From an uncultured Acetobacteraceae bacterium (GTDB taxonomy: Bacteria; Pseudomonadota; Alphaproteobacteria; Acetobacterales; Acetobacteraceae), in NCBI GenBank assembly GCA_964236105.1, contig CAXSBC010000003.1, positions 318,135-382,134 on the forward strand: a stretch of 64,000 bases of DNA, given 5' to 3'. Position 1 is the first letter of the stretch. Every line of letters starts with the position of its first letter. A program made the translations under genes and the position numbers. This document shows positions 18,657 through 33,281 of the stretch, in pieces. The notes under the pieces are model-generated. The model was not told the origin of the DNA and ran no database searches. It worked only from the letters and a program-made list of their open reading frames with translations.

Positions 18657-21477
18657 CGTGCATCACCGCGATGCTGATCTCGCGCACCAGCTCGAACAGG
18701 CGGCGCATTGGCTGGAAGATCTCCGCATCCTCGCGCGTGTAGGCGTTGGCCGAGCGCGGTCCGCTCGGCTCGCGGAAATCGAGCAGCACCGACTGGTCGG
18801 CCGCCTGCGGGAAGATCTCGGCCAGCTCCTTCAGCACGTTCGGGATCTCGAGCCGCAGCACCTGGTCGTCGAGCGCCTCGCGGGTGAAGCCGTGCCGGGG
18901 CGAGAAGTACGGGATGCGCGTCGAGAGCAGCCAGATCCGCTCGATCAGCGTCAGCCGGATCGCGTGCAGCAGCACCTCCGGCAGCGCCATGCGCGGCGCT
19001 TCCGGCCAGGCCGCGCGCAGCGCCAGATGGTCGGCCTGGATGCGTCGGAACATCGACTGCGTGACCGCCCATAGATCGAGCCGCTCCAGCCCTGCCGACA
19101 GCGTCACCAGCGCGTTGCGGCGGCTGGGATCGTGCTCGTGCGCGGCGCGGTCGAGCCAGACGCCCGGATCGAGCGTCAGCACGATGGCGCGCAGCACGTC
19201 GCGGTCGGAATGCGCCAGCGCGTGCGAGGCGAAGTCGAGCGCCCGGCGGAAGCGCGGGCTCTTCAGCAGGAACTCCTCGAAGGTCTCCGGATGGCGGGCG
19301 GCGGCGAGACCCAGCCCCTGCAGCGTGTTCGCGCACCAGCCGAGCTGCTGCAGGATCGCGTTGTTGGGGATCGCCCGCAGCTCGCGCGGATGGCGGATGC
19401 GGGCCGGGCTGCCGACGGAGTCCGTCTGCCGCGCCGCCGGACGCGAGCCCGTGCGGTCGATCAGCGCCGGTCCGAACGCGCCGAGCAGCCCGGCATAGCC
19501 CGGATCCTCGACCAGCTCGGTCATGCCGAGCCCGATCGTGGAGAAGAAGTCGGCCGAGAAGTCGGCATCGTCGTAGATCGGGTCGCGCTCGGCCTTCACC
19601 ACCGCGAAGGCGTGCTCGGCGATGGTGCCGATCACCGCGTCGGCCAGGACCTGCGTGCCGAACAGCACGTAGCCGTCGCCGCCCTGGAAGGCTGCCTCCT
19701 CGCGGTAGGCGATGCCCGCGTTCTGGAACGCCAGGCGGGACTGCGGCGGCGACAGGTAGTCGAGCCGGTCGGCGAGCGCGAACGGATGCGCGCCGCGGCC
19801 GATGCTCTCGCCGTGGGTGTCGAACAGGATCACCTCGACATCGGTCAGGCCGCGCTTTTGCAGCAGATCGGCGATCTTCAGCCGCAGCCGCTCGATCAGG
19901 TAGGTGGCCGCGAGCTGGCCGACATAGCGGCCGGAATCGGAGTAGCCGAACTGCAGCGACAGCTTGCCGGTACGGCGCAGGTAGTCGCGGTAGTGCCGCG
20001 AATGCAGCGCCTCCTCGACGATGCGCGAGCCCTGCATCAGCGCGTCCTGCGTCTCGAACAGCGGCGAGATCTCGATCTGCTCCTCGATGCCGAACAGCCG
20101 CGCCAGCCACAGCGCCACCAGCAGCGTGTAGCCGCTCTCGGTCTCGGCGATCAGGAAGCGGACCGGGCTGGCGCCGTCGATGTGCTTGACGATCTGGGCG
20201 ACCGTCATCATCAGCCGCGCCGCCGAGGCCTGCTCGAACAGCAGGGCGCCGAAATCGACCGGCACCGGCTTCACGTCGGCCAGCACGTCGTTGATCTGGG
20301 CCAGCAGCGCGCGCCGCTGCGCCGGGTTCTCCGGGCTGTCCTCGATGCCGAGCCGCTGGCGGGCGACGTTGTGGATCTGGGTGGCGTTGAGCCGGACATG
20401 GGTATGGGCCGCACCCATGCCGTGCGACACGAAGCCGGCGCGCGCCACCGCCAGCGGCAGCCGGTCGGCCTCGTCGGCCGCCTCCATGGCCGCGATGAAC
20501 AGCGCGTCGAGCGCCGAGGGGGTCAGGATGGCCTCGTCGCGCCGGTCGATCAGCGCGCGCGAGAAGCCCGCCACCTGCTCGGGATCCGCGCGCCCGGGTG
20601 CTGCCTGGATCTGCGCCGACACCGCCGCCAGCGCCGCCTCGACACGACCGGCCAGCGCCGAGGGCGGCGCGGACAGTGCGGCGAGCTGGCCATGCAGCCG
20701 CTCGAGCTGCAGCTGCTTCATTCTGAGCCGCAGCCTGAGCGTGTCCCACCAGCCGATGTCGGTGCGGCCGTCGGTGTCGTAGCCGACCCAGCTGGTCAGG
20801 ATCAGCGGGCGCGGCGTCAGGCTGCTCCAGGCCTGCGGCCAGTAGCCGGCCGCCTCCTCCAGCAGCGCCTGGTTCAGCTTGTCGATGGCGTTGCGGCCGC
20901 GCAGGATCGCCTCGACGGCGAGCTCGAACTCGTCGACCAGCGTCGGCGCCGCGGGCCGCTGCGAGGCGAGGTCGGGCAGCGTGCGGGTGCCGCTCGCCGT
21001 GGCCGCCAGCGCCGCATAGACCGGAGTCGCCAGGGCGAAGGTCGGGTGGGCGGTGAACACCGCGGCGAAGCGGGTGCGATGGATCGCGGCACGGAACTGT
21101 GCCAGCGGGATCGGGCTGTCGTCCGGGTCCGGCCGGATCAGCCGGGCCGCGATGCGGCGCAGCCTGGTATCGGTCGTCACAGGCCCGCTGGGTCCGCCGC
21201 CGAGCCCGACATAGCGGGCGAGCCGGGCGGCGCGCGTCTCGAAGGCGTCGTCGCGCAGGCGGCAGACCAGGCCGTTGATGTCCTCGATGCTCAGGCTGCC
21301 CTCGTCCAGCCGTCGCGACAGCTGCAGCGCGATCGCCCGCACCGGGTTGCCGAACGGGTCCTCCTCCTGGCGCTCGACCAGCTGCGCTGCCAGCAGCACC
21401 AGCTGGTCCAGACGCGGATCGGTCGGATGGCCCGGATCGCTCGCGAGGTCGGCGGGAGCCGGATGCTGCTCGTCCAT
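18637..21477 (-). CDS. Phosphoenolpyruvate carboxylase family protein (divergent)
   Basis: ATG at 21477 (MDEQHPAP...), 946 aa. PEPC-like blocks are VFTAHPTF (cf. TAHPTE), TSWVGYDTDGRTDI (cf. TSWMGGDRDGNP), PLFETQ, FGYSDSGRYVG (cf. GYSDSxKDxG), THGESIGRGAHP (cf. FHGRGGSxGRGG) and LRAIPNNAILQQLGW (cf. LRAIPWIFAWTQ). Confidence 0.7.
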   Translation of the reverse strand: MDEQHPAPADLASDPGHPTDPRLDQLVLLAAQLVERQEEDPFGNPVRAIALQLSRRLDEGSLSIEDINGLVCRLRDDAFETRAARLARYVGLGGGPSGPVTTDTRLRRIAARLIRPDPDDSPIPLAQFRAAIHRTRFAAVFTAHPTFALATPVYAALAATASGTRTLPDLASQRPAAPTLVDEFELAVEAILRGRNAIDKLNQALLEEAAGYWPQAWSSLTPRPLILTSWVGYDTDGRTDIGWWDTLRLRLRMKQLQLERLHGQLAALSAPPSALAGRVEAALAAVSAQIQAAPGRADPEQVAGFSRALIDRRDEAILTPSALDALFIAAMEAADEADRLPLAVARAGFVSHGMGAAHTHVRLNATQIHNVARQRLGIEDSPENPAQRRALLAQINDVLADVKPVPVDFGALLFEQASAARLMMTVAQIVKHIDGASPVRFLIAETESGYTLLVALWLARLFGIEEQIEISPLFETQDALMQGSRIVEEALHSRHYRDYLRRTGKLSLQFGYSDSGRYVGQLAATYLIERLRLKIADLLQKRGLTDVEVILFDTHGESIGRGAHPFALADRLDYLSPPQSRLAFQNAGIAYREEAAFQGGDGYVLFGTQVLADAVIGTIAEHAFAVVKAERDPIYDDADFSADFFSTIGLGMTELVEDPGYAGLLGAFGPALIDRTGSRPAARQTDSVGSPARIRHPRELRAIPNNAILQQLGWCANTLQGLGLAAARHPETFEEFLLKSPRFRRALDFASHALAHSDRDVLRAIVLTLDPGVWLDRAAHEHDPSRRNALVTLSAGLERLDLWAVTQSMFRRIQADHLALRAAWPEAPRMALPEVLLHAIRLTLIERIWLLSTRIPYFSPRHGFTREALDDQVLRLEIPNVLKELAEIFPQAADQSVLLDFREPSGPRSANAYTREDAEIFQPMRRLFELVREISIAVMHDVGAFG

Positions 21478-21691
21478 GATGCGTGTCGCGCTCCGCGCGT
21501 GGCGTTGCCGGGGTGGGGGCTGGGTGCGTTGCAGGCGGCGCCGACGCCGCATGCGGACGGGCGGCATGGGCGGATGCTGCCACGGTCACCGTTCCATGTC
21601 TGACACGCCGCCGCAATATGGCGGCCTCGCGCCGGCCGGGCGGGGATCGCCGTCGGTTGGGCAAACGCCCGGCTTGATGCTATCGGGGCGC

Positions 21692-22990
21692 ATGATCGTC
21701 ACCCCGGACGCGGCTCCGGAAGCCGTCCTCGATGCAGATGCGGCGGCCCGGACGGCGCTCGACCGCCAGAAGCGCCGCGCCACCATCCTGCTGGCCGGCA
21801 TGGGCGGGCTGACCCTGGTCGGATACGCGCTGGGGCAGGGCGTCTGGGCCGGCCTGCTGCAGTCGAGCGCCAAGGCCGGGCTGATCGGCGGCATCGCCGA
21901 CTGGTTCGCGGTGACCGCGCTGTTCCGCCATCCGCTCGGCCTGCCGATCCCGCATACCGCGATCCTGCCGGCGCAGAAGGACCGGCTCGGCCGGGCGCTG
22001 GGCAGCTTCGTCGCCACCCATGTCTTCACCGAGGCCGACATCGAGCGCGCACTCGGTCGTCTCGATGTCGCGGCCCTGCTGCGCGACGTGCTGACCGACG
22101 CGCGCGTCGCCGGCATGATCTCCACCGGCGCCGTGCGCATGATCCCGCACCTGCTCGACGGGCTGGAGGCGGGGCGGGCCCAGGAGATGCTGGTCCGGCT
22201 GGTGCCGCGCGTGATGAGCAACGGGCAGCTGGCGCCTGTGGTGGCGCGCGCGCTGCGGGCGCTGGTCGACGGCGACCGGCATCAGGAGGTGCTGTCCTTC
22301 CTGCTCGACCAGATCAAGCTGCTGCTGAGGAGCCGCGAGGCGCACCTGCACCAGCTGATCGAGGAGCGGGTGCGCGAGCAGGGCGGTCGGCTGGTCGGCT
22401 GGGCGATCGGCGGGTCGGTGGCGACGCGCGTGCTGAGCGCCATCAACACCGAGCTCGATCGCACCGATTCGCGGGAATCTGACCTGCGCGAGGCCGTCAC
22501 CGCCTGGATCCGGCACGAGATCGACCTGATCGAGACCGACCCCGAGCGCGGGCGCGACCTTGGCGACACGCTCCGCGGCCTGTTCACCCACGACAGCCTG
22601 AAGCTGTGGGCGGCCGACGTGTGGATGCGCGCGCGCGGCGCCATCGATGCCGATCTCGGGCGCGAGGATGGCTGGATGCGGCGCCTGCTGGCCGACGCGC
22701 TGGCGCGTGCGGCGCAGACGCTGGACACCGACCCGACGGTGCGCGCGGGGATCGACCGGGCGGCGGCCGGCCTGGTGCGTCAGGCGCTGCCTGGCCTGCG
22801 TCAGCACCTGTCGGGATTCATCGCCCAGGTGGTCGCCGGCTGGGACACCCAGCGCCTCGTCGACAAGGTCGAGCTGCGGGTCGGCCGGGATCTGCAGTTC
22901 GTGCGCATCAACGGCACGCTGGTCGGCTTCCTGATCGGCGGCGTGCTGTATCTGGGCTTGCGCGCGTTGTTCGGCGCCCAGGCGGGATAA
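21692..22990 (+). CDS. DUF445 family membrane-associated protein
   Basis: ATG at 21692 (an alternative is 21677), 432 aa. The hallmark block is GLIGGIADWFAVTALFRHPLGLPIPHTAILP. The C-terminal block is INGTLVGFLIGGVLYLG. Confidence 0.7.
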   Translation: MIVTPDAAPEAVLDADAAARTALDRQKRRATILLAGMGGLTLVGYALGQGVWAGLLQSSAKAGLIGGIADWFAVTALFRHPLGLPIPHTAILPAQKDRLGRALGSFVATHVFTEADIERALGRLDVAALLRDVLTDARVAGMISTGAVRMIPHLLDGLEAGRAQEMLVRLVPRVMSNGQLAPVVARALRALVDGDRHQEVLSFLLDQIKLLLRSREAHLHQLIEERVREQGGRLVGWAIGGSVATRVLSAINTELDRTDSRESDLREAVTAWIRHEIDLIETDPERGRDLGDTLRGLFTHDSLKLWAADVWMRARGAIDADLGREDGWMRRLLADALARAAQTLDTDPTVRAGIDRAAAGLVRQALPGLRQHLSGFIAQVVAGWDTQRLVDKVELRVGRDLQFVRINGTLVGFLIGGVLYLGLRALFGAQAG

Positions 22991-23079
22991 GCTCGCCGGT
23001 CCGGCCAACTGCTTGAAAACCTGCAAAACCGACGGCCACGTCCTTGACTGGAGGAGGCTCAGGGCTCATCTGCCGGATA

Positions 23080-23098
23080 CAGGACCGCTGGGGTCCTG
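23080..23098. promoter_or_regulatory. Candidate operator palindrome upstream of the suf regulator
   Basis: CAGGACC-gctgg-GGTCCTG is a perfect 7-bp inverted repeat. It is flanked by GGATAC/GGATACC and lies 28 nt upstream of the Rrf2 gene ATG. Function is inferred only. Confidence 0.25.
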
Positions 23099-23125
23099 GA
23101 TACCTTCAACCTGCCCCGAGAAGTC

Positions 23126-23602
23126 ATGCTCAGGCTGTCCAAGCTGACGGATTATGCGGTCGTGGTGCTGGTGAGCCTGTCGCATCACCAGGACGTCACG
23201 ACCTCGCCGACGCTGGCCCTGGCGACCGGGGTGCCGGAGCCGACGGTCGCCAAGGTGCTGAAGGCGCTGTGCGGGGCCGGTCTGGTGGCGTCGCAGCGTG
23301 GGGCCCGGGGCGGCTACCGCCTGGCGCGGCCGCTGACGGCGATCCCGATCGCCTCGGTGATCACCGCGATCGACGGGCCGATCTCGCTGACCGCCTGCGT
23401 CGCCGGCGCCGTCGGCGGCTGCGAGACGCACGGAACCTGTCCGGTGCGCGGCCGGTGGGACGCGGTGAACGATGCGATCCGGGATGCCCTGACCGGCATC
23501 ACCCTGGACCGGATGGATATCGGGCGCTGCGGCACCCGGATGTCCGAGAAACGAGACCAACCGGGCGAGATGCCTGTTTCTGCTGTTTTTGCTGCCGAGT
23601 GA
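23126..23602 (+). CDS. Rrf2 family transcriptional regulator (SUF system regulator)
   Basis: [18 protein letters not shown]... is an Rrf2 wHTH; ...[14 protein letters not shown] follows. A Cys cluster [16 protein letters not shown] is present. The gene sits immediately upstream of sufB. Confidence 0.85.
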   Translation: MLRLSKLTDYAVVVLVSLSHHQDVTTSPTLALATGVPEPTVAKVLKALCGAGLVASQRGARGGYRLARPLTAIPIASVITAIDGPISLTACVAGAVGGCETHGTCPVRGRWDAVNDAIRDALTGITLDRMDIGRCGTRMSEKRDQPGEMPVSAVFAAE

Positions 23603-23609
23603 GGGCGCC

Positions 23610-25099
<1,490 letters not shown>

Positions 25100-25103
<4 letters not shown>

Positions 25104-25870
25104 GCGTCTTCCTCAAGATCGAGGGGCTGTGCGCATCGATCGACGATGCCGGGACGCCGAAGCCGATCCTGCAGGGGCTCGATCTCGAGATCCCGGCGGG
25201 CGAGGTGCATGCGATCATGGGCCCGAACGGCTCGGGCAAGTCGACGCTGTCCTACGTCCTGGCCGGACGCGAGGAGTATGCGGTCACCGGCGGGTCGGTG
25301 CTGTTCAAGGATCAGGACCTGCTGGCGATGGAGCCCGACCATCGCGCGGCGGCCGGGGTGTTCCTGGCCTTCCAGGCGCCGGTCGAGCTGCCGGGCGTCA
25401 ACAACGCGAACTTCCTGCGCACCGCGGTGAACGCGGTGCGTCGCGCTCGCGGCGAGCCCGAGCTCGATGCGGTGCAGTTCCTCAAGGCGGCGCGCGCGCA
25501 GGCCAAGGCGCTGTCGATGCCGGAAGACCTGCTCAAGCGCAACGTCAATGTCGGCTTCTCCGGCGGCGAGAAGAAGCGCAACGAGGTGCTGCAGATGGCG
25601 ATGCTGGCGCCCTCCTTCGCGATCCTCGACGAGACCGACAGCGGCCTCGATATCGATGCGCTCCGCATCGTCGCCGAGGGCGTCAAGGCGCTCCGCTCGC
25701 CCGCCTTCTCGGCGCTGGTCATCACCCATCATCAGCGGCTGCTGGACTACCTGGTGCCGGACCGGGTGCATGTGATGGCGCGCGGCCGCATCCTGCGCAG
25801 CGGCGGGCCGGAACTCGCGCACCAGCTGGAGGCGCAGGGCTATGCCGGCTTCCTCGCGGAGGCGGCGTGA
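25100..25870 (+). CDS. sufC: Fe-S cluster assembly ATPase SufC
   Basis: ATGA overlap with the sufB stop. Walker [10 protein letters not shown], the block [14 protein letters not shown] and Walker [11 protein letters not shown] are present. Confidence 0.95.
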
Positions 25871-27155
25871 ACGTCATCCTCGCGGCGCCGCGCACCGATC
25901 ATCCGGTGAATGCGGACGGCTTCCTGCAGCAGTACCAGACCGTCCGCGAGCATCTTGCCGGCGACGTCGCCGCACGCGATCTGGCGGCGGCCTGGCTGCA
26001 GCGGCACGGGCTGCCGCGTCGCACGGCAGAGGCCTGGAAGTATACCGACCTGCGCCGCCTGTGGGAGACGCGCTTCGAGACGATGCCGGCCGACGCGGCA
26101 CGGGCGTCCGCGACCCTGGACGCGGTGCTGGCCGATGCCGGCCTGGACACGGCCGACGGCGCGACGCTGCCGCGGCTGGTGTTCGTCAACGGCCGGCTGT
26201 CCGATGCCCTGACCCGGCTGCCGCAGGGCCTCGCCTGCACGGCGTTCGAGGGCATGTCCGCGGCCGAGCCGATCCGGCATCCGATGATCGCGCTGAACAC
26301 CATGCTGGCCCATGGCGGCATCTCGTTGCGCGTCCCCGCAGGCGTCGACGCCGGACGGCTGCTGCTGGTGACGCTCGGGATCGGCGACGCGGCGGCAGCG
26401 CACCTGAGGCACCGGTTCGTGCTGGAGGATGGCGCGTCGCTGTCGCTGCTGGAGATCGCGGCGGGCGAGGGCGGCTACCTGAACGACAGCATGGCCGAGT
26501 TCGAGGTCGGCATGGGCGCGCATGCGCGTCATGTCCGGCTGCAGCGGGAGGCCGCCGGCGCGCTGTCCTTCTCGACCGTGCGCGCGCTCGTGGCCGAGCG
26601 CGGCGCCTATGACGGCTTCAACCTGGCGCTCGGCGCCGGGCTCGCGCGTCACGAGGTGCATGCGACGCTGGCCGGACCGCATGGCGCCGTGCACGTGAAC
26701 GGCGCGCAGCTGCTGGCCGACAGCCAGGTCGCCGACCTGACCAGCGTGATCGCGCATGACGCGCCGAACTGCATTTCCCGCCAGACGGTCAAGAACGTGC
26801 TGACGGCGCGGTCGCGCGGCGTGTTCCAGGGCAAGATCATCGTCGCCCGCCCCGCGCAGAAGACCGACGGCTACCAGATGAACCAAGCGCTGCTGCTGTC
26901 GGCCGAGGCCGAGATCGACTGCAAGCCCGAGCTCGAGATCTATGCCGACGACGTGAAATGCAGCCACGGCGCGACCGCCGGCGCGCTGGACGAGGAACAG
27001 ATGTTCTACATGCGCAGCCGCGGGATCCCGGCCGTCGAGGCGCGCGCGATCCTGGTGCGCGCCTTCCTCGACGACGCGCTGGGCCTCGTCGAGGACGAGC
27101 TCGCCCGGTCGATGCTCGACCGGGCGGTGGCGAACTGGTGGATCGGACAGGCGAC

Positions 27156-27159
<4 letters not shown>
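25867..27159 (+). CDS. sufD: Fe-S cluster assembly protein SufD
   Basis: The GTG start forms a GTGA overlap with the sufC stop, 430 aa. The C-terminal SufBD block is ...PELEIYADDVKCSHGATAGALDEEQMFYMRSRGI... Confidence 0.85.
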
Positions 27160-28407
<1,248 letters not shown>

Positions 28408-28415
<8 letters not shown>

Positions 28416-28860
28416 CGCCGCGGAGTCGCTGTATCGCGAGCTGGTGGTCGAGCGCGCGCGCCGGCCGCTGCATGCGGGCGATATCGACCCGGCAGACGGC
28501 GCCGCCGACGGCACCAATCCGCTCTGCGGCGACAAGGTGCATGTCACGCTGCGCCTCGGGGCCGGCCAGCAGGCGGCCGAGGTGCGGCATCGCACCCGGG
28601 GCTGCGCGATCTGCGCCGCGTCGGCCGACCTGATGGCCGAGAGCGTGCAGGGCCGCACGGCCGACGAGGCGGAGGCGCTGCTGGGGCAGTTCGACCGGCT
28701 GCTGCAGCACGGGCAGCCGGCGCTCGATCCGGCAACGCAGGATCAGCTCGGCGTGCTGCTCGCGTTTGCCGACCTGCACGATTACAAATCCCGCAGGAAA
28801 TGCGCGACCCTGCCGTGGTCGGCACTTCTGGCCGCGTTCAAGTCAGGCGAGGAACGGTGA
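28408..28860 (+). CDS. sufU: SUF system NifU/IscU-like scaffold protein (SufU type)
   Basis: The TTG start overlaps the sufS stop, 150 aa. The three ligand-Cys blocks are NPLCGDKVHV, TRGCAICAASADL and SRRKCATLPWSAL. Confidence 0.7.
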
Positions 28861-29300
28861 TGGACGCAATGCTCGATGGGACGGATCCGGCGCCGGCGCG
28901 CCGCCTGCCCAACTTCGCCGTGCCGGCCTCCGCGGACGAGGCCGGCGGCGGGTCCTCCGGCGTGTCCGCCTGGACGCCGGATGGCGAGGTGCTGGCGCCG
29001 GTCGGCGAGGAGGACGTGATCAGCGCGATCGCGTCGGTGTATGATCCCGAGATCCCGGTCAACATCTACGAGCTCGGCCTGATCTATGCGATCGACCTGC
29101 ACGAGGATGGCCGCGTCAAGGTCGAGATGACCCTGACCGCGCCCGGCTGTCCGAGCGCGCAGGAGCTGCCGGTGCAGGTTCGCGACGCGATCCTGCTGGT
29201 GCCCGGCGTGACCGCCTGCGACGTCGACACGGTCTGGGATCCGCCATGGGATGCCAGCCGGATGAGCGAAGACGCCCGCCTGTCCCTGAACATGTTCTGA
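28860..29300 (+). CDS. sufT: DUF59 (SufT/PaaD-like) Fe-S assembly protein
   Basis: The ATG overlaps the previous stop by 1 nt. The DUF59 core is ISAIASVYDPEIPVNIYELGLIY...VEMTLTAPGCP. Confidence 0.75.
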   Translation: MDAMLDGTDPAPARRLPNFAVPASADEAGGGSSGVSAWTPDGEVLAPVGEEDVISAIASVYDPEIPVNIYELGLIYAIDLHEDGRVKVEMTLTAPGCPSAQELPVQVRDAILLVPGVTACDVDTVWDPPWDASRMSEDARLSLNMF

Positions 29301-29326
29301 GCCCGACCGGGCCTGGGAGGACACCG

Positions 29327-29713
29327 ATGACCACCACCGAGACCACCGGACCGGACGTCAGGGCAGGCTCCGCGCGACGGGCGCTGCCGCCGCTGCTGTC
29401 CTTGTCCGAGCGCGCCGCCGACCGGCTGCGGGTGCTCTATGCCACCGGCCATGTCGGGCAGCTGCTGCGCGTCAGCGTCGGCACCAAGGGCTGCTCGGGC
29501 ATGTCCTACGACATGAACTGGGTCGCGGCCGCCGGTCCGAACGACGAGACCGTGATCGATCGCGGGCAGACGGTGCTGATCGACCGCAAGGCGTCGCTGT
29601 TCCTGATCGGCACGACGATGGACTACGAGGTCAAGGAGCTGTCGGCCGGCTTCGTGTTCGTCAACCCGAACGAGAAGGGCCGCTGCGGCTGCGGCGAGAG
29701 CTTCCACGTCTGA
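29327..29713 (+). CDS. sufA: HesB/IscA-family Fe-S cluster carrier (SufA/ErpA-like)
   Basis: ATG at 29327 follows GGGAGG, 128 aa. The blocks are ...LRVSVGTKGCSGMSY... and the C-terminal NPNEKGRCGCGESFHV. Confidence 0.85.
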   Translation: MTTTETTGPDVRAGSARRALPPLLSLSERAADRLRVLYATGHVGQLLRVSVGTKGCSGMSYDMNWVAAAGPNDETVIDRGQTVLIDRKASLFLIGTTMDYEVKELSAGFVFVNPNEKGRCGCGESFHV

Positions 29714-29722
29714 CGGCATGCG

Positions 29723-31066
29723 TCATCGCGGCGGCCGGGGCATCGGCCCGCGTCGCGTGACCGAGGGCCTGCCGAACAGGCAGACGCTCTCGGCCTGGGC
29801 CGACCACAGGAACTGGTCGATCACCGTGAGCCGCTCCAGCCGGTAGCCGGCGTCGGCCAGCAGGCGGCCATCCTGCGCCAGGGCGGCGGGATTGCAGCTC
29901 ACATACAGGATGCGCGGCACCAGCGACGCGGCGATCTCGCGCATCTGCGCGCCGGCCCCCATGTGCGGCGGATCGAGGATGATGGCGGCGGCCCCCGCCA
30001 TCTCGCCCGCCATGACCGGCTGCCGGTTCAGGTCGCGATGCCCGACCTCGATGCGTCGGCCCACGGCGGCCGAGCGCAGGCAGGCGACCGCGACGGCATG
30101 GCCCTCATAGGCGGAGACGCGCAGACGCTCCGACACCGGGAAGCTGATGGTGCCGCAGCCGGCATAGAGCTCGACGACCCGCGCGCTGCGCGCCGGCCGG
30201 TCCGGCAGCCCGGCCAGCACCGCCTCGACGATGGCTGCCTCGCCCTCCGGCGTCGGCTGCAGGAAGGCGCCTGGCGGCGGCGAGATCGTCGCCTCGCCCA
30301 GCCGGTGCGACACCGGCGCCAGGCCGCAGACGATCTCGGGCGGCGACCGGCCGCCTTCGAGCATCCACGCGATCCGCGGGATGCCGGCCGCTGCGGCGAA
30401 GTCGGCCAGGATGGTGCGGTCGCGCGGCGCGAGCGGACCGTCGGTCGAGAGCAGGATGTCCGGTCCGCTGTCGAACAGGTTGACGTTCGCCGATCCAACC
30501 CGGCGCAGTGCCTGCAGCCGCGTCAGCACCGGCTGCAGCGCCCGGGTCAGCGCGAACAGGCTGGGATGCAGGACATGGCACTCGCTGAGCGCGATCACCT
30601 GGTCGCTGCCGCGGACATGCAGGCCGATCGCAGCGCCGTCCGGACCCCGGCGCACCGCCAGATCCATCCGGCGGCGCGTGCGGGGCGGGCTCTGCACGGC
30701 ACGGCTTCCGCCCGGGATCTCGAACCCGGCGCCGCGCAGCGCCGCGGCGACGCGTGCCGTCTTCCAGTCCAGGGCCGCCGCCGGATCGAGATGCTGGGTG
30801 ACGCAGCCGCCGCAGCGGCCGAACAGCGCGCAGGGCGGCGTGCGGCGATGCGCGCTCGGCTGCAGGATGCGCTCGGCCGTCGCCCGGTTGCGGCCGATCG
30901 CGCGGGCCAGCACCGTCTCGCCCGCCAGCGCATACCGAACGTGCAGCGGGTCGCTGCGTCCGCGGGCGACGCCGTCGCCTTCGCTGCCCAGCGCGTCGAT
31001 CCGGGCCTCGAACGCGACGTCCTGCGCCGCTGCGGCGCCGGTCGGCGGATCGGGGACCGGCGCCAA
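29723..31066 (-). CDS. RumA/TrmA-family SAM-dependent RNA (uracil-5)-methyltransferase
   Basis: A TRAM-like N-terminus (FEARIDALGSEGDGVARG) and a Cys cluster (CALFGRCGGCVTQH) are present. The SAM-MTase core is VVELYAGCGTISFP...IILDPPHMGAG...YVSCNPAAL. No in-frame ATG lies near the N-terminus, so the start is provisionally set to TTG at 31066. Confidence 0.65.
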   Translation of the reverse strand: MAPVPDPPTGAAAAQDVAFEARIDALGSEGDGVARGRSDPLHVRYALAGETVLARAIGRNRATAERILQPSAHRRTPPCALFGRCGGCVTQHLDPAAALDWKTARVAAALRGAGFEIPGGSRAVQSPPRTRRRMDLAVRRGPDGAAIGLHVRGSDQVIALSECHVLHPSLFALTRALQPVLTRLQALRRVGSANVNLFDSGPDILLSTDGPLAPRDRTILADFAAAAGIPRIAWMLEGGRSPPEIVCGLAPVSHRLGEATISPPPGAFLQPTPEGEAAIVEAVLAGLPDRPARSARVVELYAGCGTISFPVSERLRVSAYEGHAVAVACLRSAAVGRRIEVGHRDLNRQPVMAGEMAGAAAIILDPPHMGAGAQMREIAASLVPRILYVSCNPAALAQDGRLLADAGYRLERLTVIDQFLWSAQAESVCLFGRPSVTRRGPMPRPPR

Positions 31067-31070
31067 GGCC

Positions 31071-32984
<1,914 letters not shown>

Positions 32985-33281
32985 AACGTTCTCGAACCTG
33001 TCAGTTTGACGCAGGCAGGCAAGCGCTGCCGGGAAAGCGGCGCATGCGACGGACAGGTCGACGGAAATCCTGGCGGCCCGATCGCACATCCAGCCTGGCG
33101 GGCAACCGACGACGTCACGACTGTCGGGACGTCGCTCGTCCGCTTGCAGAGCCGTGCTGCGTATCCTGATATCGTCCAGAAAAGTCAAGCTTCAAGCGGT
33201 CGATGGCCTTGTCCGGTGTGCGGCGGAACCGATCGTTCCGGCTCCCGTTCACCGCGCTGCTCGTTGATTGAGGTGACGCAC

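Noticed and set aside
33224-33240. The palindrome CGGAAC-cgatc-GTTCCG upstream of the GH15 gene as a second LexA box.
   Set aside because: The alphaproteobacterial LexA site is a direct repeat, GTTC-N7-GTTC. This is an inverted GAAC-N5-GTTC arrangement. It may be some other operator or nothing.
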